From positions 7,564,001 to 7,628,000 of the forward strand of contig NC_043009.1 of the NCBI RefSeq assembly GCF_006345805.1: 64,000 nucleotides of DNA, in the 5' to 3' direction. The notes below the pieces were generated by a model. That model was given only the letters and a program-made list of their open reading frames with translations, was not told the origin of the DNA and made no database searches. Made by a program: the position numbers and the translations under genes. Position 1 is the stretch's first letter. The number at the start of each line of letters is the position of its first letter. The stretch comes from Octopus sinensis. Its lineage: Eukaryota. Shown in pieces: positions 1 through 12,290 of this stretch.

Positions 1-7
1 GCTTTCC

Positions 8-1170
8 TTGTTGAAGTTAGACCTGGATACATTTTGCTACGTCGGAAAAGCCCAAAGCACTATGTGGGTGAGAAGAGTTCCAGCTTTTATAAAAGAGATC
101 ACTCAAGATCATACATCGTTTCTCCTTACTAATGATGCTGCGAATTTACCAGATATTCCTTCCATTTCTTTATTGTTCACCATTCCTAGCAAATTAATGG
201 CCATAAGAGGAACCGTTTCCTCTTGTGGAATATAGTTGTGTGAAATATTCACAACAGGGGGTTAACTATGCGGAAGTTTAGTTACGTCTCAATGTAGGAC
301 AAAGAACAATTGTGATGGAAACTGATAGAGAAAAAAAATCAAAGACAAACGTTCCTTACTGCTACCGATGTTTATTGGTATATTTCGAGAAATTTGTTGT
401 AAGAACAGCATTAAAGAAAGTGTGCTTGGCTAAATTTTAAAAGAGAAGGACAACCAGGTGATAAGATCTTTCATGTGAATGCAATGCAGTATGTCTACGG
501 ACAAGATACTTCACTTTCATTAATCTAATTCTCCGAGATCTGAATACCAAACGTGAGAATTGCTCGCTTCTGTAGAATATGAATAAAGAGATACTCCAAG
601 ATTATTTCGTAACACAAGTTCTGCACACAGTTTCTAAAATAGCTTTGGAAGATGCAATGCAAAAGAAACAAAAAGCCCCATTGCAAGATAGTTTTCTATT
701 TACATTAATCACAATATTACAAACTAAGCGAGGGATGTTATCCCAGATTAGTCACCATACTTTGGCAATTGCCACATATTATGGTTGTGCCGTGGATAAA
801 ATATTTTGGTGAATACACAAATCTCAGTACATAACCGATTAAGCCTTTACTACGCCTATTATCTGTGAGAAATATAAGAAAAACAAAAGACTCTAGCAAG
901 AAACCGAAGACAGACCTCTCCATCTCTCCGAGGTCAATTGATCTGCTCGTTGTTACAGACATATCTCCTTTACCATCAAATATATCAATCTATCATCATA
1001 AAAAAAGGAAAGAGAAACAGTATAATGTAGACTTCGATTATATATCTGAAAAAAAAAAGGAATAACGGAATGGGTCTGCCTAGAACACGATTCATTAATC
1101 AAAAATATAGATCTAAGCAACAATAATAGCAGCAGAGATGGCAAGAAAAGATATAAAGCCATAGGAACAC
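8..1170 (+). pseudogene. Possible decayed LRR/Toll-like receptor remnant (LRRCT-like and TIR-box-like motifs, multiple stops and frameshifts)
   Basis: Manual translation gives LSCECNAVCLR (468-500), PYFGNCHILWL (755-788), RPLHLSEVN*SARC and KQYNVDFDYISEK (~1015-1053), in the order expected for LRRCT to TIR. Resemblance by eye only. Confidence 0.3.
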
Positions 1171-1282
1171 GTAGGTCGGTGGGGTTAAGTAGGTTTTTTC
1201 CCCACCCCCGAATGATGAGATTTTAGGTTCGTTTCCATTGCGTGTAAGTGTGAAAGCTTCGAGGCGGCTTACACTCCATCAC

Positions 1283-1313
<31 letters not shown>

Positions 1314-1370
1314 TGTATGTATGTATGTATGTATGTATGTATGTATGTATGTATGTATGTGTGTATGTAT

Positions 1371-2826
1371 TTATGTCAGGTCACTTTCGGGTGCTACTGG
1401 TAACATATAACCCAATACAACCTGTTGCATGGTCGGGTCGTCGGCGACTAAACCGGCAACCCAACCAAGCTTGCTTGGTGAGGAGTGTGTTTATTGGACA
1501 CCCTGCGGGATGAAAAACAAAACCCGTCAAAGGGCGGAGGAACTCTTGAGAGTCAACGGCCATCCAATGACTGTCTTAAGGCTGTATTATGCGCGGGGAC
1601 ATAGAAATAATCGGACTGAATACCCGATCGCGCGGTTAAACCATTGCAAGTGAAGGAGTTCTAGCCTTTGTTAGGGCATCCTTCTAGGAGAAGGTAACTC
1701 AGGTAACTGGGTTAACTCCGATATAAAATCTGCGGCCCAGTGGTTACCGATGATGTTGACTTGTTCTTCTTTTCGGATTATGGCTGCTGTTGCTTAGTGA
1801 GTGGGATTGACTCAGTGCACAGCCTTTCCTCACTTTTAAAAAATCTTCTTGCACAGGCATTGCACGATAAAAATATTGTTCATGATTGTTGATGGTGCTG
1901 TGAGTCTCAACTGAATGGCTGGCTGTAGCCTTAAAAAGCAAATGAAAGTCACATTCGATCACAACACCAATAACAGTTAAGCTTCGTGCAATGGCCATAC
2001 TCGATAACGAGGGGGCAGCCATCATGTATGTATGTATGTATGCATGTATGCATGCATGCATGCATGCATGTATGCATGCATGCATGCATGCATGTATGTA
2101 TGTTGTATGTATGTATGTTATGTATGTATGTATGTATGTATGTATGTATGTATGTATGTATGTGTGTATGTATTTATGTCAGGTCACTTTCGGGTGCTAC
2201 TGGTAACATATAACCCAATACAACCTGTTGCATGGTCGGGTCGTCGGCGACTAAACCGGCAACCCAACCAAGCTTGCTTGGTGAGGAGTGTGTTTATTGG
2301 ACACCCTGCGGGATGAAAAACAAAACCCGTCAAAGGGCGGAGGAACTCTTGAGAGTCAACGGCCATCCAATGACTGTCTTAAGGCTGTATTATGCGCGGG
2401 GACATAGAAATAATCGGACTGAATACCCGATCGCGCGGTTAAACCATTGCAAGTGAAGGAGTTCTAGCCTTTGTTAGGGCATCCTTCTAGGAGAAGGTAA
2501 CTCAGGTAACTGGGTTAACTCCGATATAAAATCTGCGGCCCAGTGGTTACCGATGATGTTGACTTGTTCTTCTTTTCGGATTATGGCTGCTGTTGCTTAG
2601 TGAGTGGGATTGACTCAGTGCACAGCCTTTCCTCACTTTTAAAAAATCTTCTTGCACAGGCATTGCACGATAAAAATATTGTTCATGATTGTTGATGGTG
2701 CTGTGAGTCTCAACTGAATGGCTGGCTGTAGCCTTAAAAAGCAAATAAAAGTCACATTCGATCACAACACCAATAACAGTTAAGCTTCGTGCAATGGCCA
2801 TACTCGATAACGAGGGGGCAGCCATC
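1371..2826 (+). mobile_element. Two head-to-tail copies (1371-2023 and 2174-2826) of a ~650-bp non-coding element separated and flanked by (ATGT)n/(ATGC)n; probable non-autonomous RTE-type derivative
   Basis: Offset of 803 bp with one mismatch seen (gcaaatgaaa vs gcaaataaaa). The motif ggcatccttctaggagaaggtaactc resembles RTE 5' UTRs; the class assignment is inference. Confidence 0.7.
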
Positions 2827-3050
2827 ATGTATGTATGTATGTATGCATGTATGCATGCATGCATGCATGTATGCATGCATGCATGCATGCATGTATGTAT
2901 GTATGTATGTATGTATGTATGTATGTATGTATTTATGTACTTATGTATGTATGTATGTATTTATGTACTTATGTATGTATGTATGTATTTATGTACTTAT
3001 GTATGTATGTATGTATGTATGTATGTATGTATGTATGTATGTATGTATGA

Positions 3051-3088
<38 letters not shown>

Positions 3089-3807
3089 TCTCTTTTGTTT
3101 ATAATTATTTAAGTTCTTCCTCAGAGAAAAGAGCTGGTTTCTAACAAAAATTTAAAGCTCTGCCATTGGAATGTAGACAAAAACCATGTCACATCTTAAA
3201 CTTGAAAAAAGTTTTGCATATTTTTGCCGTTTCACTTGCAGATTATATTTGTAATGTGTGAGTTAGCCGGTTGATTTTGTTTTTCCTTGGAAATCCAAGC
3301 TTATCCAGACTCTCAGTTATAATACGGACAGAAACAGATACACGCACACATACACGCACACATACACACACACCCGCACATAAACACACACACATGTGTA
3401 TTGAGGCTGGTTGTTCTCTCACTGTAGTCTTGTGATTCGATTATATGGTGACGATAGATTAATACAAATCTGAAAGGAGACTAGGTTTCATTTGAGTTTC
3501 ATGTGACTGGTTAAACTCATTAAGCCAGCAGGGCCGCATATAAATGATTGATACTAATTACAAAATACAGCTGGCAATTTCTGAACAGAAAGCAAAGCCA
3601 ATATAATCGGAGAGAAGAATAGATGTTTAAATACTAGCAATAAGCGCAACAAACATTAACGGTGCGGCAACAAAATTTCACCTCCATAAAATCCTTATAC
3701 TGTTCACTTCCACACTTCTGCTTTCTGATTTCGAATTTCACCAATGGCGACTTTGCGTTTCAAACTTTGGAGATCGATGAGTCGAATGAAATATAGATAA
3801 ATGACGC

Positions 3808-3897
3808 GGGCGTAGTTATGTAGTAAGAAGATTGCTTCCCAACCACATGGTTCGATGTTCAGTTCCACTGCATGGAACCTTAAGCAGATCCCCGTCG

Positions 3898-3900
<3 letters not shown>
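3808..3900 (+). mobile_element. Short/internally deleted family-A SINE head
   Basis: gtaagaagattgcttcccaaccacatggttcgatgttcagttccactgcatgg matches the head of the abundant SINE at 9271. Confidence 0.75.
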
Positions 3901-3948
<48 letters not shown>

Positions 3949-3949
3949 A

Positions 3950-5375
3950 ACGCTGTAAAGACGTTTTCCGATTCAAAATTTTAGTTCATCACAAAACCTC
4001 GCTAAGCTAATTATATATTTATATTTAAGATCTTTAAATTTTAAATTTTAATATTTTATAAGTCTTATCGTGTAATATTATTGTTTTTTTTTATGTAAAT
4101 ATCGTTGTTTATGTAATGATCTAATTATCGCAATTTTCTATATAATTATTAGATATTAACTTTAAGTTTATTCGTAAGAATTTACTTAGCGACAGATATG
4201 TTGTTTGATAGCAAGTATACGAGTTGTTTTAAGTTAGGTTTAATGTATATACATGTATTAATAGCATTAATTGTAGTTTTAAATTTCTTATAATTATTAT
4301 TTTAACTTATATATTGTCTTTTTAAATTGATATTTGCTAGTTTTATTATTCCCATTGATAAATATATTTATAGTATTTATTTGATACTATATAACTACGA
4401 ATTGATTATTTCTTTAAGTATTTTAAATATAATATTTTTGAAAGTTATTATTTAGCCAACGAGATAAAAAGATAGTTAATTTGCTATAGCGTTCGTTTAA
4501 GATTGTTTGTTTGTATTTTGAAATTAGCTATTTCATCTTTAAATATGAAAAATTAATTTATTAGGTCTTTATTATATGTGCATATATATTTATTTATAGA
4601 GATTATTTTAGATATTAATTATAATATTTATATACATTTATATATTTTCATTGATAATTTATATATTATTTAAATTTTATATTTTTAATATGAATGGTCA
4701 TTTTTCTTTTTTTTTTGTAAAATATTTATGTAATTAGATATTGACTATTACTGATATTAGATCATTGGTGGGTTTCTTACCTTAAAAATTAATACTTAAA
4801 AATAAAAATTAATATTTAACATTATAATCGATGTGTTGACATAATCATAATCGTTAAGTTTCTAGTTTGATAATAGAGTTTTTTATAAGAAAAATTATTA
4901 TATTATTTTAAAATATTGTTTAAATATTTCTGATTATTTATTAAAATGTTACAATTAACCTGAAGATTGACTGTAACCATAATTCGAATTATTAATTGAA
5001 TTTAAATTATTGTTATTCGAATTGGTTACGGGCATGAAACGATCGTAGTGTTTTTACTCTTTATCTTATATTAAACTTTTAATACTTTTTGATAGTTATA
5101 TAATTAAAAAAAATAAATTAAATAAATAAATAAAATACAATAATAATAATAAAATATATATATATTTATATATATATATTTAAAATTTATAATTTAAATT
5201 ATTAATTTAAATAATTTTAAAATTTTAACTTTAATTTAAATATTTTAATTTGGAATTTTATATTTTATATTTTTTGTATATTTTTTAATTAATTTTATTT
5301 CTATGTATTGGCTTATGATTTCACTGTTTGATTTGCCTAACAGTGGTTTTATCTCTAATTTATATAATATAATAT

Positions 5376-5376
<1 letters not shown>
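3950..5376 (+). mobile_element. Very AT-rich Penelope-like element fragment with hammerhead-like cassette
   Basis: Flanked by (TA)n. The terminal 75 bp (5302-5376) recur at 47494-47564 with an inverted tail. Hammerhead-like motif at 4953-5055. Confidence 0.55.
4953..5055 (+). ncRNA. Type I hammerhead-like motif with long helix II
   Basis: CTGAAGA at 4960-4966; helix II TGTAACC/GGTTACG plus AATTCGAAT/ATTCGAATT; GAAA at 5036-5039; palindromic helix III ACGATCGT; GTA triplet at 5045-5047. Helix I is weak. Confidence 0.55.
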
Positions 5377-5414
<38 letters not shown>

Positions 5415-5639
5415 ATGTGTGTGTGTGTGTGTGTGTGTATGTGTGTGTGTGTGTGTATTCTTTAAATTGGGTTACAGTAAACTTTTATGAGTATGTATAT
5501 AAAAATTCCAAGTTTTAATATCTCAGCTACGGCTAAATGATTCTAAGCTGCAACATCAGTTTTATGGGATCGAATTGTGCAGACATAGCGTAGGATAAGT
5601 AAAGAAATAATAATAAAAATAATGGATGGACGTCAAGGG

Positions 5640-6100
5640 ATATATTACAGACTGGACAGTATTTCATGTTGCTTCAGTCCACTCAGCTGGCAAAAATGAG
5701 GATTACCTGTATTTCAAAGGTATGTATGAATAGGAACATTCCGTTGGTTACGACGACGACGAGGGTCCCATGTGATACGATCAACGGAACAGCTTGCTCG
5801 TGACATTAACGTGCAAGTGGTTGAGCACTCCACACACACGTGTCCCCTTAACGTTCTTCTCTAGGAGATTCAGCGTGACACAGATTGTGATAAGTGCTCA
5901 ACCACTTGCACGTTAATGTCTGCGTCTATGTTTGTCCCCTAGCACTGCTTGACAGCCGGTGTTGGTGTGTCTACATCCACATAACTTAGCGGTTCAAAAA
6001 AAGTCATAGGATTCACACTTCAAGGCGGTGACCCAGTGTGGCCGCAGACACAAATAAAAGAGAAAAGACTGAAACAAATAAAAGATAAAAAAGAAATGAA
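5640..6100. mobile_element. SINE fragments (family-B core/tail, and family-A 3' half on + at ~5920-6100)
   Basis: ccactcagctggcaaaaatgag, ggttacgacgacgacgagggt and ggtgtgtctacatccacataacttagcggttc match other copies in the window. Confidence 0.75.
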
Positions 6101-6195
6101 ATATATTGATTTAATCAGCCACATCTGCATATATAAATGTATATGAATAGATAAATATGTAGATAAGTATATATATGTATACATACATATATGCG

Positions 6196-6281
<86 letters not shown>

Positions 6282-6717
6282 CATACATATACATATATAT
6301 ACATATATACATAATATGAATAATATATATATGCATATATACATACTTATATGTACATACATATATGCGTATATACATATGCATATGTGGGTACGGAACG
6401 TCACAGAACGTAAACAACAAAAACTACAAAACTATGGAATACAAAATACGAATACATGGAATATGAACTTTTTTTTGCCAACAACAAAGGAAACAGTTCT
6501 ATATTTAAACATGTATGTGTGTGTATATATGATTTCCTGACGATCCGTTTCGCTCTCCGGTAAGAGTGTTTCTGCAAAGATACCCCCCCCCCCGTGATTT
6601 GTGTTAGATAGCTGTCCGCCAGGTTGCGCTTCTACATACTCACGAAAGCAGGTTTGTCTCTCGAAAATATGGAACGATATGACCACCGATACTCTACTAA
6701 GACCGTTGAAAAGATTA

Positions 6718-6780
6718 GAGTCTGATGAGATGTATGTAAAGCGAAGCGATTTATGAATGCGAAATCCTGGGTAGACCTAT
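6718..6780 (+). ncRNA. Degenerate hammerhead-like motif inside a TA-flanked element (~6520-6808)
   Basis: CTGATGA-G at 6722-6729, C-GAAA at 6760-6764, helix III ATCC/GGGT, GTA at 6771-6773. Helix I and outer helix II are mismatched. Confidence 0.35.
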
Positions 6781-6827
6781 GAACCGGCCAAAACTATCGT
6801 TCTCTAAGTATATATATATATATATAA

Positions 6828-7030
6828 AGTTAATCCAAACAAGAAAGCACAAAAAGACACAACGCGAAGACATGGAACAAATATAGTATTATTAAACGCT
6901 CAGGAAAGAAGGAAAGAAGGAGGGTCTAACGTTTCGAGCGGAGCTCTTCGTCGGAAACATAGGAGAAGGAAAGATCCAGAGAAGAGAAAACAGAGGAAAA
7001 AAAATCGCCAACGGTACACACGCGGTCACA
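6828..7030 (-). mobile_element. ~200-bp PLE-derived element, family alpha, with minimal hammerhead
   Basis: Minus strand reads gtttCCGACGA-A-GAGC-TCC-GCTC-GAAACGTT-agac (6921-6960). Homologous to 58103-58303. TA-flanked. Confidence 0.7.
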
Positions 7031-7039
7031 TTATATATA

Positions 7040-7212
7040 GGGAGAGTTCACGAAAAAAAACAAAAGACGAGACAAGTGGTGTACAAAACAAACAGATGTA
7101 TTAGTATAAAAGTCTTTTACGTTTCGAGCCTACGCTCTTCTACAGAAAGAGACACAGAAAAAACAAGGAGATAAAAAATGTGTAGTGGCTAAAAATGTGT
7201 GTAGTGGCTATC
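7040..7212 (-). mobile_element. ~200-bp PLE-derived element, family beta, with minimal hammerhead variant
   Basis: Minus strand reads tctttCTGTAGA-A-GAGC-GTAG-GCTC-GAAACGTA-aaaga (7112-7152). Homologous to the copies at 10507, 18420 and 39840. Confidence 0.7.
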
Positions 7213-7329
7213 TTCTCCACTGGACTCTCTATCTACCCTTTACGGATTCTCGTTTGGATATTTACCCTCCGGCTGCACCTCTCCTACATACGGATCACTG
7301 TGGACTCTACTATTTATATATATATATCA

Positions 7330-7613
7330 CCGTGATCACCGTGACCGACCAGGCTATCAGATGTTGTTACACATCGCTGGTCACAATGCGCTTCATATTG
7401 TTTTAGCCTTCAAATGACGCCACCCCGCTGGCTAAGCGAGCAGGCCAACAGAAGAAAGAGAGAGAGAAAGATGTGGCGAAAGAGTACAGCAGCGATCTGC
7501 ACCACCCCCTACCGGAGCCTCGTGGAGCTTTAGGTGTTTTTGCTCAATAAACACTCACAACGCCTCGTCTGGAAATCGAAACCGCGATCCTCCGACCGCG
7601 AGTTCGCTGCCCT
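7330..7613 (-). mobile_element. tRNA-derived SINE, family B
   Basis: tRNA-like B box (gaaatcgaaaccgcgatcc on +) and shared core ggagcctcgtggagctttaggtgttttt. Confidence 0.85.
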
Positions 7614-8114
7614 CTATGTATATATATATATACGCCATACATTCTTTAGTTTCCGTCTACGAAATCCATTCACAACTTGTTTTCATTGGATCGACGCTAA
7701 AGCAAAAATACTCTAGTTGCCAAGCACTGACTGAAAGCACAACTATGTGTTTGCGAAGCATCTCTGTAACTCACTGTCTATGAATGCCTATGAATACGCG
7801 CGCGCGCACACACACACGCATGTGAAATTGTTTAGTTGTTTATATGTTCTCTCGTTCTGTTATATGTTAAAGGCGGTTAGTGTTTTCCTGTTTCATAATT
7901 TTTATTTTCAAATTCTATGAATGATTCCTTGTTTTTATGTTCACTTGATAACATCGGACTGCCTGTTAGTCAGTTTCTATGAGAGAATGAACTCCAGCAA
8001 CTGAAGAACTGTACCTACTGACCCGACTACTTTTGAATTCACTGAGGCTTAAAATGCTGCGAATAAGGTCAAACCCAAAATCTATATTACTCATCCTGAT
8101 ATCTGCATACTCAA

Positions 8115-8347
8115 GGTGGTGAGCTGGCGGAAACGTTAGCACGCCGGGCGAAATGCGTACCCGTATTTCGTCTGCCGTTACGTTCTGAGTTCAAATTCCG
8201 CCGAGGTCGACTTTGCCTTTCATCCTTTCGGGGTCGATAAATAAAGTACCAGTTACGCATTGGATCGATATTATCGACTTAATCCATTTGTCTGTCCTTG
8301 TTTCTCCTCTCTCTGTTTAGCCCCTTGTGGGCAGTAAAGAAATAGAT
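8115..8347 (+). mobile_element. SINE family C
   Basis: ggtgagctggcggaaacgttagcacgccgggcg...gagttcaaattccgccgaggtcgactttgcc; many copies in the window. Confidence 0.9.
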
Positions 8348-8732
8348 ATCAGCATACTCAAATATCGAAATAAGTTCAACATCCCCACACACACCTCCAT
8401 CTCCTTTTACTACCATTCTTTTCTCTCTTCCCATCAGCTTCTATTCCTGCCCAACAAATACACACAGAAGTACCCACATATCCCAATCAACCCTTTCTTT
8501 GATCAAAATTAATAAGCAATATTCAGATAAACATCCATTAGTATCATATCGCCTGAAGAAATGAATGCATGAACACGATCCCAATGATGTCCAGGATACG
8601 ACAGAATGTACTTTTTATCATCTCAAGAATAAGTAATATGATCTTAAGGGACACATGAACTGTGGAAACGCGCGTAACGATTCATTGAAACATTTATGAA
8701 TTCCCTCCAAGGATCATTATTATTACTATTAT

Positions 8733-9095
8733 TATTATCTTCGCCTTTGCGAAGGCGGGGGTATTGTTTTCAGTCGTATTTGTTTGTTTGACCTTGGACA
8801 TGATATCTCAAGAACCGCCGGATGGATTCAAATGAAACTTTCATGGATTCTTTGGCCTTATGACTGGCACGAACTTCTTAGATTTTGGGATCGACCCGGC
8901 ACCAGACAAGGCTTCTGAATTATTTTTCTTATTTTTACTTAATTTTTGACAGCAGTCGGGTTAATTTTTTGTACTCTCGTTTGTAAAAGAAGTCAAATTT
9001 ATTTAAGATATTTTCATTTTAAAAATCATCTGTGGCTAATCGATGAGAAGTTGGTTTGCTTTGGCGGAGGTTTGCGCCCTCTGAGTGCTCTTCTA
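8733..9095 (+). mobile_element. Helentron-associated non-autonomous element (HINE/DINE-1 type)
   Basis: 5' ttatcttcgcc...gaaggcgg hairpin then (TTTG)n; 3' ttggcggagg subterminal inverted repeat followed by gcgccctctgagtgctcttcta. Confidence 0.75.
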
Positions 9096-9162
9096 CTACT
9101 TGTTGCTGTTGTTGTTGTTGCTGTTGTTGTTGTTGTTGTTGTTGTTTTTGTTATTATTATTA

Positions 9163-9225
<63 letters not shown>

Positions 9226-9270
9226 CATTATTATTATTATAATATATACATACATATATATATATATATA

Positions 9271-9680
9271 GGCGCAGGGGTGGCTGTGTGGTAAGTAGCT
9301 TGCTAACCAACCACATGGTTCCGGTTTCAGTCCCACTGCGTGGCATCTTGGGCAAGTGTCTTCTGCTATAGCCCCGGGCCGACCAATGCCTTGTGAGTGG
9401 ATTTGGTAGACGGAAACTGAAAGAAGCCTGTCGTATATATGTATATATATATGTATGTGTGTGTGTTTGTGTGTCTGTGTTTGTTCCCCTAGCATTGCTT
9501 GACAACCGATGCTGGTGTGTTTACGTCCCCGTCACTTAGCGGTTCGGCAAAAAGAGACCGATAGAATAAGTACTGGGCTTACAAAAAGAATGAGTCCCGG
9601 GGTCGAGTTGCTCGACTAAAAGGCGGTGCTCCAGCATGGCCGCAGTCAAAATGACTGAAACAAGTAAAAGAAAGAAAGAA
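9271..9680 (+). mobile_element. Full-length SINE family A (tRNA-like head, internal TA/TG tract)
   Basis: ggcgcaggggtggctgtgtggtaagtagc...ggttccggtttcagtcccactgcg...ggcggtgctccagcatggccgcagtc...gaaacaagtaaaag. Confidence 0.92.
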
Positions 9681-10506
9681 AGAAATACATCGTTTTTCAT
9701 TTGGTTTGCAAGATTCTTTATGTGAGTTCGTGTGTTGAAGCATATTCTGTTGTGTCTGGGGAGAGTCAGTCTCTTTTTGTGCCTTATTATTTAACACACG
9801 CACCGGTCAAATTTCCACTTATTTCTTATTTTTTATTTTCTAAAATTTTCGTTGCGTCTTGCAACCTTTTCAATAGTCTTGACTCTGTCCCTTATTTACA
9901 CTGCGTTCCCTTTTGTTTGTTTGTGCGCATGTGTGGGGGCCAGTGTGTGTGTGTGTGTGCCTATGCATGCAAGCATGTACGTATGTATGTATGTATGTAT
10001 GTATGTATGTATGTATGTATGTATGCATGTGTATGTATATATATGTGTGTGTATGCATGTGTATATATGTATGCATGTATGTGCATCTGTGTGTATGTAT
10101 TCTGCATATTCATGTGCTTGCATGTCTGTGTTTGTGTATTTTCTATGTATGTGTGTGTGTGAGCGTGTGTTTGTATATGTATGTACCTCTGTCACCTTGT
10201 GTGTGCATGTCTGTGTATGTGTGTGTGTGTGTGTGTTTTGAAACTATGATGCATTGATGTGCATCTCTATATGTGTGGACCCGTGTCTCCATATGTGTCC
10301 TTGTATGGAATAAAGTGTGTGTGTATATATGGTCACGTGCTTCAGTCTCCATTTGCGCATGTGTGCTTGTCTGTTCTTATAACCTATCTACCTATCCGTC
10401 TGTATGTTGATGTGTTTATTTTCATATCCATATGCTTACATACACACACACAAATATACATGTGCTTAATGCACATGTATTTTTTTTATACATATATGTA
10501 TGTATT

Positions 10507-10712
10507 GGGAGAATTCCCCAAAAAACAAAAGACGAAGACAGGGTGGTGTAGACAACAAGCAGATGTATCAGTATAACGCTCGGGAATTGAAAAAGTCTTT
10601 AACGTTTCGAGCCTACGCTTTTCGTACAGAAAGGGACACAGAAACAAGGAAAGAATATAAAGGGAGAAAATAAAGAATGTGTAGTGGCTAGCGATCTATC
10701 ATGACGAAGATA
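10507..10712 (-). mobile_element. PLE-derived element, family beta, with hammerhead variant
   Basis: Minus strand reads cctttCTGTACGA-A-AAGC-GTAG-GCTC-GAAACGTT-aaagac (10595-10635). Confidence 0.7.
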
Positions 10713-10774
10713 AATATATATATAAATACATCTGCATGTGCGTTTCCATAAGGATATTATTTTCTACTCTAGGA

Positions 10775-10965
10775 CCGAAATTTGGGGAGAGAGGCCAGTC
10801 GATTAGATCGACACCAGTACGGAAGTGGTACTTGATTTATCGACCCCGAAAAGATTAAAGGCACAGTTGACCTCGGCGGAATTTGAACTCAGAACGTAAA
10901 GACAGACGAAATACTGCAAAGCATTTCGTCCGGCGCGCTAGCATTTCTACCATCTCGCTGCCTTT
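10775..10965 (-). mobile_element. SINE family C
   Basis: gacctcggcggaatttgaactcagaacg on +. Confidence 0.88.
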
Positions 10966-11375
10966 TCCCATAAGGATATTAAAATATAGATACTTTAAGA
11001 AGACACTGCTACAGGCAAAACTTCGAATTGAAACACTATTAATATTCCAAATTATTTCCACTCTCAGACAGTATTTGCGTTTGTCATTCAATGCATGTTT
11101 AATGTATCAATTATCCAGATTTATTAAAAACACACATGCGTATGTGTACACGTTTTGCATGCATACACATAAACACGCATACATACATGTCTATCTATTT
11201 ATCTGTCTGTTTGTCTCTCTGTCCCTGCCTGTCTATCTGTCAACCCCTGTTTGTCTCTTTCTCCCACTCTCTCTCCTCTATCATTCCATATGTATATACA
11301 TATTTAAACGACACACACATACATTTACGCGCACACTTATATATATGGATATATACGTGTATGTATGTGTGTGTG

Positions 11376-11427
<52 letters not shown>

Positions 11428-11429
<2 letters not shown>

Positions 11430-12290
11430 TAAACAGTAAAAATAATTACAGACATGGACAAGAACATGAAACACCACAGAGACGAACAAGAACCACAGGA
11501 CGGGACATCGAAGCCCTCAGTCATCAGTCAAGAACCAGATCATCTTAGCATTTCGGCTGATTAATCTTGAGATTGCTCCGATATGGGCAGCCCGCCAAGG
11601 GAAATCTAAGCCAAGCGCATTAGATCCCCTGGAAGAAAGCTTCGAATGTATACAAACGAGGACGGAAAACGAACGAAGTACACGAACAAAAATACAGAAT
11701 ACGTGACCAATAAGAATACAAAAACGTAAAAACAATAACGGTAAAAATAAAAAAAAAACGAAACCAGGACGTAGACAGGGTCTTTCGACAGGACGAGTTG
11801 AGTATGGGGCTGGCTTGTGAAGTTGTGCCTAATGGCCGCAGGAGACGAACAAATACGTGTTGCTTCGGCGGCTGCTGGAACGAAAAGAGCGCTCAACAGC
11901 GGCTAGCGGTCACGTGAGAACAAAAGACAGAGAAAAGGGACAGATGAAAAGAGAGAGAAGGTGGACGAGGGAGGAGAAGAAAGAGACAGATCGAGGGGGC
12001 TGGATGTGAGAGAGATAGAGAAACGTAGAAGGGGGAGGAAGACGGATGGGGGGGAAGAAAGGAAGGGAAATAAGGGAGGAGAGAGAGAGAGAGAGAAAGA
12101 GACAGATTAAGAGTCGTATCAATGCTAGAGAAAAAATATACTTATCGTATAAGGACAATTGTGGATACGTAGCCGCCGATTATATAGGTAAACAGTAAAA
12201 ATAATTACAGACATGGACAAGAACATGAAACACCACAGAGACGACACAAGAACCACAGGACGGGACATTCGAAGCCTCAGTCATCAGTCA

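Noticed and set aside
150-265. Minus-strand exon-like segment (PPVVNISHNYIPQEETVPL...) with a G|gtaaat donor
   Set aside because: All three phases from the nearest AG acceptor hit a stop, and a TAA lies directly upstream of the open frame.
1371-1760. HDV-like ribozyme at the 5' end of the tandem element
   Set aside because: A P3/L3-like CAC-TTTCGG-GTG is present, but no matching P1/P2 pseudoknot could be built.
3950-5300. NUMT or ciliate-code (TAA/TAG = Gln) coding sequence
   Set aside because: No recognisable mitochondrial gene or rRNA motif was found. All three minus frames read equally plausibly with stop-to-Gln reassignment because G is scarce, so the reading is uninformative.
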